In this document: positions 29,990-37,916 of the stretch, in pieces
Position numbering within the stretch: the stretch's first letter is position 1
Layout: the number at the start of each line of letters is the position of its first letter
Origin: Burkholderiales bacterium
GTDB taxonomy: Bacteria; Pseudomonadota; Gammaproteobacteria; Burkholderiales; Burkholderiaceae_B
NCBI GenBank assembly: GCA_027484315.1
Contig: JAIXTE010000125.1
Coordinates: 3,683 to 67,682, forward strand
Reading direction: 5' to 3'
DNA length: 64,000 nt
Program-made: the position numbers and the translations under genes
Notes under the pieces: generated by a model
Told to the model about the DNA's origin: nothing
What the model saw: only the letters and a program-made list of their open reading frames with translations
Database searches by the model: none

Positions 29990-30883
29990 ATGCCTAGCAA
30001 TACCCAAATCGAACTGAACAGCCTGGCCAATGAGGTCCAATCCGTCTTTACAGCAGAAACCGGCCGCAAGTTAGGCTTCTCAAAGGCCAAGGAGCTCGCA
30101 GCCAAGCTGTCAGGTCTTCGCAATAGCAACGTCAGGGTTGCCCACGATAAGGTTGTTGGGCCCGAGGTCTTCTTTATCCTTCCGTCTTCAGGCGGTCCAG
30201 ACTACGACAAACATTTTGCGGCACCTTCGAGCATGAGTGAGAGGGAACTCGACGCTGTAGTTGCCAAGCTGCGTGCATTCTTTTCTCTACTTGAAGCTGA
30301 AGAGGATGACGAGCAACTCGGGATCGCGGGTAGGCTTCAAACCGTCATGAAGGGAGAGACCGACACGGGTGAGTTTCTCACGAAATATGCGGAAGAGGTT
30401 TTCGGGGTTCGATACGTCAATCCCACCGAGTATTTTGCTTGGGACAACCCTCATAGTTTGGTTTGCGTGAATGAAGACAATATCGACACAATCTTTGCTG
30501 AAATTCAAGGAAACGAGAACCCTGTGAGCCAAAGACTACCCGCGGGTACAGCCGGTCCCATCGAGTTTAGCTACTTCATGATTGACAAAGATGGGCGTAC
30601 TGCTAATTGGGTAGTCCGAGACGGGAAAGAAAGTTGTTCTTGGGTTCAAGAACAGTTCGGGCGCGCTCCTACTGAAGCAGTCCAATTCGCTATTCAAGGG
30701 GAGACCCTTCACTCCGTACACGGGGATATTTGGCGTTATTTTGAGGAAGCGGGCCACGGACTACCCAGGCTTGTTCATGTTGCCATCATGCAAGGGAAAG
30801 TACCCGCACTTTGGGACATTTTGAATGGTTGCGATGTGCTGCCCAATCGCCTACTAAACGCCAGAGATCTGCTCAAGATTTAA
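29990..30883 (+). CDS. Hypothetical protein
   Basis: GGAG RBS; N-terminal KLGFSKAKELAAKLSG helical domain; C-domain similar to the next gene. Confidence 0.65.
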   Translation: MPSNTQIELNSLANEVQSVFTAETGRKLGFSKAKELAAKLSGLRNSNVRVAHDKVVGPEVFFILPSSGGPDYDKHFAAPSSMSERELDAVVAKLRAFFSLLEAEEDDEQLGIAGRLQTVMKGETDTGEFLTKYAEEVFGVRYVNPTEYFAWDNPHSLVCVNEDNIDTIFAEIQGNENPVSQRLPAGTAGPIEFSYFMIDKDGRTANWVVRDGKESCSWVQEQFGRAPTEAVQFAIQGETLHSVHGDIWRYFEEAGHGLPRLVHVAIMQGKVPALWDILNGCDVLPNRLLNARDLLKI

Positions 30884-30930
30884 TTTCAATGGGCGGCCCT
30901 ATTCAGGGCTGCCGGTTTTTTGAAGGAACC

Positions 30931-31320
30931 ATGATGGCACTACAAATCAGAAACAAAGAGTTCTCCACATCAAACAATTACGCAAACACACAAGCGCCTC
31001 TTGAGGGTTTCGGTGATCACGTGCAACTTGAGTTTTGTTCGTGGGTTAGAGGCGAAGGTGGGGCGCTGGGTGTAGTAAGCACCCCCGGATTTGTTGATGG
31101 TTTGACAGGCTTTGTTCGAATCACCACCGAAGACAACGGGCAGTATGTTCTTGCACCCGATGTTTGGACCTCGTTCAACAATGCAGGTATTCCACTAACT
31201 AAATTTTTCGACGCCGCAGTGTTACAGGACAAACTTGGCGAGTTTTGGGCGCTTCTGATTGATGAAAAAAAGGGTTCGGCGGAAAAGCTTCTTGAAGCTC
31301 GATCTTTGCTGGTTTTCTGA
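30931..31320 (+). CDS. Hypothetical protein, paralog of the C-domain of 29990-30883
   Basis: DVWTSFNNAG...AVLQDKLGEFWALL...KLLEARSLL versus DIWRYFEEAG...AIMQGKVPALWDIL...RLLNARDLL. Confidence 0.6.
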   Translation: MMALQIRNKEFSTSNNYANTQAPLEGFGDHVQLEFCSWVRGEGGALGVVSTPGFVDGLTGFVRITTEDNGQYVLAPDVWTSFNNAGIPLTKFFDAAVLQDKLGEFWALLIDEKKGSAEKLLEARSLLVF

Positions 31321-31462
31321 GTGAAGGCAAGCCATCCCAACGGAATAAATTCTAAGTCGTAAACCCTGCCGAACACCTCGTCAAGAGGTTCCCCTGGCGT
31401 CGCAATAATTGCCTTTGTGTGGGAAAAATGGTATAATTGTTTCTCTCGAATGGAGAATAATT

Positions 31463-33415
31463 ATGACGGTCTACTCAGCTCTGCAGTACAGCAACCCCCA
31501 TAACAAAGGCAATTCGATCACTCAAGCGATCGCAGCCTTGGGTGATCAGGTCAAGAAGATGACCAAACAATTGAAGTTGGGGCGATATCTTCAGGCCGGA
31601 AGCGAAAAGAAAAAACTCGTTGTTTCAACAAACTGGCTTCCTGCTTTCGGTTTTGAGCCGGGTGTCCGGGTAGTTGAAGAGGTGAGCGCGGGTTTGCTTG
31701 TAATCCGCCTTGCGTCTCCCAATGATCAGGATACAAAGCTGGTGTACCAGCGTAAATACAACAATCGCAAAACCAATGCAGAAGAGGTCCAGCTCGACAT
31801 ACGCAGCCAGAAACGTCTCCAGGAGGCCTTCGGTGACGCCGATGAGGTTCACCTGACATTCTCTCCTGGAAAGATCGCTGTGCGCCCCGTGGGTCGCTTT
31901 ACAGGGCAGGCTTCGGCGCTTGGCGCTGTGATTGAGTTTCCCCAAGGAGAGGGCGTCTATGCAGCGCTGGCTCAAGCGATTTCAATTATCCGAGATCGCA
32001 AGTTTTCAAAGATTGAATTCGCCAGCGGCGGTGGTTTTGACGCCTCCCGCGAGTACACTTTTTTCTGTATGCACTTGCGTCGACTGGGCTATCAGTTGAG
32101 CAATTCTGAAGGTCGAACTATTGCCTTGCTGCCGGGTGCCCATATCGTCGCCAATGAGATCGTTGATCTGCGTTCGGGTGAGTGTGAAATCGACGACTTC
32201 AAGGAGCAGGCCCTCTCAAAATTCAATTTTGAGAGCCCATTAGAGGCATCCGGCATGATGACGTCGGGTGTGGATCTCACAAGTGCCGTTGAAGAAGGCT
32301 TTGTGCCGACCAGCGTCCTTGAATACCGCCCACTGGAGGAGCGTGATGAGGACAAGGTTGTTGCCTGCGCAACGAGCGACGAAGGTGCGCAATACACCCC
32401 GATCTCGTTCAAATTCGTGAAAAAAACCCAAAAATACAAGACTCAGCCGGCAATGGTGAGGACGGGCACTCTGAATCGTGATTTTCGCGAACTCGGTGCT
32501 AGTACCGCCGCACTGAGCATCCCCAGTATCCGTGCAATCTTCAATGAAGACGTCTATCTATTTAATCCTGCGGTAGCAGCCGATGAGTTTTCGAGCGCCA
32601 ACGTGGTGGTGGGCGGCCTTCAATGCGATGACTTTAGCAGTTTGAAAAGCAAATCAGAGCGCGAAAAATCCATTGAGAATTTGGGTTCCACCGCCGACAT
32701 GTTGTTCCCCGCTCTTGGTGCCATCGAGAGCGCCAAGTTCCCTGTGGTGGCGTTCGAAAACGTTGCTCCTTTTGAAAAGTCAGAAGAATTCAAGGTTTTT
32801 ACGGGGCGCCTAAGACAGCTTGGTTATAGCGTTCACAGCGCGGTCATGCGCGGCGACGATCACAACAGCTACACCTTGCGACCACGCAATTTTGTAGTGG
32901 CGACCCTTTTGGGCTCAGAGTTCTCCTTCCCAGAGGCTATTGAGCATCAAGTGAATTGGTGGAACGATATCGTGCTGGCAAATCCGGATCTCATTCGCTC
33001 GTTGCCACGAACTGAGCAATCGATCCGCAGCGCCTTGGATGAAAATCGCATGAATCTAGTGGCTGAAGGCTCAAAGATTTGTCGCACGCTTGTGAAAAGT
33101 GATGCCAAGTACGTTAAGGATTCGGTGAGCGTCAAACTTGATGGAGAGTATTACTTCCTGCCAGCAGAGATCATGGCTAAGACAATGTCGATTCCGGAAA
33201 CATATCGTTACGACCTGATGCCAACTGAGTTCCAGCGGGAGCTAATCGGGCAGTCCGTCTGCTGCAGAATGCATGCCCGTTTGATGTCTCAGGTTAAATC
33301 GCACATATTGAACTGGGTTTCAGGGGTTCGAGAGCAATTATCACAAGCGACCAAAGCAATGGCACGAACCTCGAATAGCCAGTTGGCAGGTGCTACCCAG
33401 TTGAGCCTGTGGTGA
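31463..33415 (+). CDS. Orphan DNA (cytosine-5)-methyltransferase-like protein with a long N-terminal extension
   Basis: Motif IV GGLQCDDFS, motif VI FENVAPF, motif VIII RPRNFVV, motif X IGQSV; motif I is atypical (MTSGVD). Confidence 0.7.
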   Translation: MTVYSALQYSNPHNKGNSITQAIAALGDQVKKMTKQLKLGRYLQAGSEKKKLVVSTNWLPAFGFEPGVRVVEEVSAGLLVIRLASPNDQDTKLVYQRKYNNRKTNAEEVQLDIRSQKRLQEAFGDADEVHLTFSPGKIAVRPVGRFTGQASALGAVIEFPQGEGVYAALAQAISIIRDRKFSKIEFASGGGFDASREYTFFCMHLRRLGYQLSNSEGRTIALLPGAHIVANEIVDLRSGECEIDDFKEQALSKFNFESPLEASGMMTSGVDLTSAVEEGFVPTSVLEYRPLEERDEDKVVACATSDEGAQYTPISFKFVKKTQKYKTQPAMVRTGTLNRDFRELGASTAALSIPSIRAIFNEDVYLFNPAVAADEFSSANVVVGGLQCDDFSSLKSKSEREKSIENLGSTADMLFPALGAIESAKFPVVAFENVAPFEKSEEFKVFTGRLRQLGYSVHSAVMRGDDHNSYTLRPRNFVVATLLGSEFSFPEAIEHQVNWWNDIVLANPDLIRSLPRTEQSIRSALDENRMNLVAEGSKICRTLVKSDAKYVKDSVSVKLDGEYYFLPAEIMAKTMSIPETYRYDLMPTEFQRELIGQSVCCRMHARLMSQVKSHILNWVSGVREQLSQATKAMARTSNSQLAGATQLSLW

Positions 33416-33774
33416 ATCTCTGTTCCTCAAATCGTCTGCCGAATGGCAGGCCATTTTGTCTACCGGACACTCAGATGTGAATGCTGGTGCGCTATCTCAC
33501 CGGATGTTCGAGCAAAATTATCGGCGAGTACACCGGCAATAAATATAATGGGTTTGCTTCAAGTGCATGTATGGTTTGAAGTAATTTCTTTCATAGCATC
33601 GGCAATCCGTGAAAAAGTTGACCTGCTCCAGCCCTGGGCCACCTGTTGCCGAACCTCCGCCCACCGGCAGCATTGACGGCCCTTAATGAGGACAATCTCG
33701 TTAGATCTAAGGGGGTTGATGAGCTTGTTCGTATTGAGAACTCCGCAAAGAATTTCTCAATTTAGATTGTATTC

Positions 33775-33970
33775 AAAGAAAAACCCGCCAAGTTATGACG
33801 GGTTTTTTACCTGCCACCACAGGCTTCGGTTTTGGCGTAGCAAGGTCTATGACCACAGTGTTTCGCCGCCGACAGCTAACACCGCCTACCCTTACCCTTG
33901 TCCCGCTTACGGTGGGAGCTGATCAACTCCGACAAGGTCAGCGACGAATACCGCAAGCTAATGTGGCATT
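33775..33970 (-). ncRNA. Candidate structured non-coding RNA (about 160-nt body plus terminator)
   Basis: Bounded by a sigma70 promoter and an intrinsic terminator; its only ATG gives M-P-H-stop; 5'/3' end pairing and a 12-bp internal helix. Confidence 0.55.
33779..33808. terminator. Bidirectional rho-independent terminator
   Basis: AAAAACCCGCCA-AGTTA-TGACGGGTTTTTT. Confidence 0.7.
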
Positions 33971-33977
33971 GTTATTA

Positions 33978-34006
33978 ATCGTACACAATAAGAAATCTTT
34001 AGTCAA
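33978..34006 (-). promoter_or_regulatory. Sigma70 promoter with extended -10
   Basis: Minus strand TTGACT-17 bp (ending TGTG)-TACGAT. Confidence 0.7.
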
Positions 34007-34037
34007 TTATTTCGTTAGAGTGAATTGCGCTGCATTT

Positions 34038-34466
34038 TCAGCACATCAGATCGACGCTTGGATATTTCTCCCACAGGCGATCTGACACTCTATCAAGATA
34101 CTGCTCACCGTCTTGGGTGAAAAAACCCAAGATCAAGTCCATTGAGGATCCCGCTGCTATCTGAAAGGCGGTTTCTAGCAGCGCTGAGCCTACTCCCATT
34201 TTTCTATACTCAGAGAAAACCTCTATGACGCCGATTTCCATCGCGTTATTGGCAAACGGGCTTCTCGGTATGACCGTCATAATTCCCAGGCTTCTGCCAT
34301 CAGGACTAAAGGCATACAGGTTTAGCGTTTTGGATGGCCCCCACTCAACAAAGAATTCAGAGTTGCTCTTGTCAATGGCTTCGAGGATCGACTCCATCTG
34401 GCGCTGATTGGGAAGCATAGTTACAACTAAATCCTGTGTTCGGCATGCGGTTTTTGGATCGATCAT
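34038..34466 (-). CDS. GNAT-family acetyltransferase
   Basis: IEVFSEYRKMGVGSALL motif A. Confidence 0.75.
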   Translation of the reverse strand: MIDPKTACRTQDLVVTMLPNQRQMESILEAIDKSNSEFFVEWGPSKTLNLYAFSPDGRSLGIMTVIPRSPFANNAMEIGVIEVFSEYRKMGVGSALLETAFQIAAGSSMDLILGFFTQDGEQYLDRVSDRLWEKYPSVDLMC

Positions 34467-34476
34467 GGATTCTTCT

Positions 34477-34809
34477 CTAAAGCAAACCATTTTTTCGAAG
34501 TACGGCCTGTTGAATCTTCAGCGCGTATTCGTCAGGATTGTAGTATGCGGAAGGAAGGTGTTCGCCGTTGCTCTGCCTGACCGGTGTGTGTGATTTAATG
34601 GTTTGGAGCTCCGCCCAGTTCAGCAAAAGTGGCCCTTTGTCTTTAGGATTCTGATGGCAAAGTCTTGATACTGCGATTTCAATATCGTGGTTCACCCGGC
34701 AGTTGGATGCGTCGGAGCAGAACAGAAATGGATTAGAGCAGCCGCACGACGCGTCTGACTTACCTGCTTGTTGTTCTGTGTCTTTTTTTGTCGCAAACCA
34801 CTTTTTCAT
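34477..34809 (-). CDS. Hypothetical protein
   Basis: 110-aa ORF in the minus-strand run. Confidence 0.5.
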   Translation of the reverse strand: MKKWFATKKDTEQQAGKSDASCGCSNPFLFCSDASNCRVNHDIEIAVSRLCHQNPKDKGPLLLNWAELQTIKSHTPVRQSNGEHLPSAYYNPDEYALKIQQAVLRKNGLL

Positions 34810-34830
34810 TTTGGTACTCTGGTTGTAATT

Positions 34831-35187
34831 TCAGTGACCACTCAATATGCAAGTCGAGGCGTAGTAATCCATTTCAATCTCAAAAAGCCTTAGTGGGCCT
34901 TCGAAATGTATATTCGTTTTTCTTTCCGCTTCTTGATCTTCTGCTACCGACAATCCGACTGTTCTCGATCTAAGGTGATCTTCGGACTCTGATGAGAGTG
35001 ATTCCCGCATCCGAATGAGGGAACGCCTTTTGGCTTTTAATGCGCTTTCTAGGGCGGTGCAGATACCCTCGTTTATTCGTTTTGGAGGAACTTCATAGGC
35101 AAGGATTGGTCTGTGTTCGCCTGCGATGACAGAAAGCGAAAGCGATCCGCCGAGCAGCAATATTGCAAATACTTTTTTGCTTAACAT
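34831..35187 (-). CDS. Hypothetical exported protein
   Basis: GGAGG RBS; signal-peptide-like MLSKKVFAILLLGGSLSLSVIA. Confidence 0.55.
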   Translation of the reverse strand: MLSKKVFAILLLGGSLSLSVIAGEHRPILAYEVPPKRINEGICTALESALKAKRRSLIRMRESLSSESEDHLRSRTVGLSVAEDQEAERKTNIHFEGPLRLFEIEMDYYASTCILSGH

Positions 35188-35333
35188 ATGGCCCTCCATA
35201 TGTAAACAATAGCACACCAAAATAAAATAATCAATTAAAGTGTTGTTATCGTAATGTTATTGAAATGTGCATGAAAGCCTAGTCTATAATCGGTGCAGCA
35301 TGACTGTGGTCCGCATATTCGATGGGAGGGGGC

Positions 35334-35741
35334 TTGGATTTTAGAACGAGGAAAATGTTGGAGAACCCGATCTCCATTGCCAGCTTCGACGATTGGTTCT
35401 CCGGGAGCAGGGTGGTTAATGCGTCAGGTGGCCCGCTTCCTGTTTACCATGGGACTCCGGAGGATTTTTCTGTATTCCTGGACGGGGAGATATTCATGTC
35501 AGAAGATCGGACCGTCGCAGAGGATTACGGCGACAGAGTGCTCAAACTGGCGGCCTGCATCAAAAACTCACTGACCTACGAGTATTCAGAAGGGCCACCA
35601 TTCTCTCGGGAGGAAGCAATCCAAAAAGGTTTCGACGGATGGCAAATTCTGAATTACGACACCGGAGATGAGATTTTCAAGGCTCAAGGTGATGTCTGGG
35701 TTGCTTTTTTTTCTAGCCAGGTTCGCGCTTTTAGCCGTTGA
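35334..35741 (+). CDS. Minimal ART-PolyVal-like ADP-ribosyltransferase
   Basis: TTG start after GGAGGG gives MDFRTRK; FDDWFSGSRVVNASGGPLPVYHGT...FMSED..VAEDYG...GFDG...WVAFFSSQV. Confidence 0.65.
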   Translation: MDFRTRKMLENPISIASFDDWFSGSRVVNASGGPLPVYHGTPEDFSVFLDGEIFMSEDRTVAEDYGDRVLKLAACIKNSLTYEYSEGPPFSREEAIQKGFDGWQILNYDTGDEIFKAQGDVWVAFFSSQVRAFSR

Positions 35742-35846
35742 TAGACATGGCCTAAAGTTTAGGATTCTGCTTTTTCCTCTGTGCGGATTTTCTATTTTTT
35801 CAGGCTCCTGTGTTCCAATATTTTTTTGATTTAAATTGGATTTTCT

Positions 35847-36410
35847 ATGCCAACCAAGCCAACAATTCACACATTCGACAGCAGCGATCACGCGGAAGCC
35901 TACGATTTTTCAATGGTGAACTGCAGGGGAGGGGATTTCATTGAGTTAAACAACGGTGATCTGATCCGAATGGTTGAGGCCTGGCCGGTGTTAATCGCCG
36001 GAAAAGCACAGAACAATACTCTACATGTCTATGACGAAAAAGATGTGGATGAAAAACGACGGCATTTCGAGCTTTATAAAGTTGCAAAATTCGAACAGAG
36101 ATTTGACGGTATCGCAGGTATGGCTTTCCCAGACTCGCTATCGGTAGCTGCCGATGGTACCGCGATGGTGGCCAAATTACCCGGGTACACGGCAGAGGTC
36201 AGGGCAGTTATGGACGGCGACTCAGTCGACTATCTGGAGATTTACGACACAGAAAGCGGGGAGTGTCTTAATGAAGGTAGTCCCATCCATGTCTGGCCAA
36301 CAGAGAATGAAGAGATCAAGGCGATCATGGAAATGCTGACCGAATCTGAGTACCCCAAGTCTGCTGAAATACCAACAAGATCCAAACCTTCGAGCAAGAT
36401 GAGTATGTGA
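35847..36410 (+). CDS. Hypothetical protein
   Basis: 187 aa; ends RSKPSSKMSM. Confidence 0.65.
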   Translation: MPTKPTIHTFDSSDHAEAYDFSMVNCRGGDFIELNNGDLIRMVEAWPVLIAGKAQNNTLHVYDEKDVDEKRRHFELYKVAKFEQRFDGIAGMAFPDSLSVAADGTAMVAKLPGYTAEVRAVMDGDSVDYLEIYDTESGECLNEGSPIHVWPTENEEIKAIMEMLTESEYPKSAEIPTRSKPSSKMSM

Positions 36411-36505
36411 ATATCGGTTCGTAGTTACAAACGCCTCTTCGCCATCTATTAATCCCCGTGTTCGGGGTTTTCTACGGACGGAGGTCATTTTATTCCTTTG
36501 GTCGA

Positions 36506-37776
36506 CTTTCATCCCCCAGCCACGGCTCGGGGGATTCAGCGAAAGATGGATTGAGAATTGCGTAGAGCTTCTTTCATCCCCCAGCAACGACCAAGGGCAT
36601 GCAACTAGCAAGTTGGCAACACCCTGTTGCCAAATCTTCCACCCTCGCGAAAACGTCCAGGGTCATGTAACAAGCTAGGCGACAATCCAAAATACACCTG
36701 TCTTTCATCCCCTAGCAATGGCCAGGGGCTTGTAACGAACGTGCGCAGATTTTAACAGATGACCGTCTTTCATCCCCTAATTACTGCTGGGGGCATGTAA
36801 AAAAACTTGGGCAGCCTTCGTCGATCTAGAACTTTGATCCCCTGTCAAAGGCTAGGGGGATGTAACACGTCTTTTTTCAGCCATGAATCAAATCCACTTT
36901 CATCCCCTAGCAATAGCTAGGGTCATGTAACTAGGCAGGGTCGGAGCCGGGGGTCTGCTCTCTTTCATCCCCTAGCAATGGCTAGGGGCATGTAACGCAA
37001 CTGTTTATGTTGAAGACGATGCATTTCTTTCATCCCATAATTACGGCTGGGGGCACTTAACTGGTGCGGTTTTGAACCGGTCGAAGCCGATCTTTCATCC
37101 CCTAACAACGGCTGAGGGTATGCAACTAGCAAGTTGGCAACAACCTGTTGCCAAATCTTTCACCCCTGAAAACGACCAGGGGCATGTAACAAGCTAGGCG
37201 ACAATCCAAAATACACATGGCTTTCATCCCCCGACAATTGTCGGGGGTATGTAACGTAAATCTGATTGCCGATGTTAATTGGCTTCTTTCATCCCCTAAC
37301 AATGAACAGGGGCGTGCAACGGTAGTGACAGCGGTTATCACAAAGGCAAACTTTCATCTCCTAACAATGGCCAGGAGCATGCAATTAGATGCGCCCGAAC
37401 ATCACTGCTAACCCCCTTTTCATCCCTTGATCGCGTCTCGGGGTATGCAACTTCAGCTTACGTAATTGGCTCGAAAAAGAACTTTCATCCCCTAACAAAG
37501 GCTAGGGGCATGTAACGAAAACGACTACCGGCATGTTCAGCTCCACCTTTCATCCCCTAACAATGGCTAGGGGCATGTAACTTTGATCTGAAAAACTCAG
37601 GGATACTTCGCCTTTCATACCCTAGCAATGGCTAGGGGCATGCAACGGACACGAGCGTTCAACATCTGCCACCTTACTTTCACCCCCTAACAGTGGCTAG
37701 GGGTATGCAACATTTTTCCAAGCGTCCTGATGAAATCACCACTTTCACCCCCTAACAATGGCTAGGGGCATGCAAC
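36506..37776 (-). CRISPR. CRISPR array, 20 repeats and 19 spacers; repeat consensus (minus strand) GTTRCATGCCCCTAGCCATTGYTAGGGGATGAAAG (35 nt), spacers 30 nt
   Basis: Repeats start at 36506, 36571, 36636, 36702, 36767, 36832, 36897, 36962, 37027, 37092, 37157, 37221, 37286, 37351, 37416, 37482, 37547, 37612, 37677, 37742 (period about 65). CCCC/GGGG stem. The best-conserved run of copies lies next to an AT-rich leader and the csf genes. Confidence 0.95.
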
Positions 37777-37916
37777 TGACTCAAAATAAATGCATATTTT
37801 TAAAGAGCAAATTGAACTAACGGACGGCCGCTTCTGCGACTGCCGGGCCAAATTATTGGAGGGTTCCGTCTCAATACCATCTGTTGCGGTGGGTAACCAA
37901 ATTCAGCAAAATCAGA
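37777..37916 (-). promoter_or_regulatory. CRISPR leader region
   Basis: Non-coding 140 bp between the csf3 stop and the first repeat; the repeat-proximal 45 bp are AT-rich. Confidence 0.6.

Noticed and set aside
36222-37411. ORFs 36222-36611, 37126-37341 and 37217-37411 over the array
   Set aside because: Chance frames through repeat-spacer units; the 65-nt period is not a multiple of 3.
36541-37741. Self-targeting of spacers within the window
   Set aside because: By eye I found only a short match (TTGGGCAGCCTT near 22188 versus spacer 36802-36831), too short to be meaningful; an exhaustive alignment was not possible.
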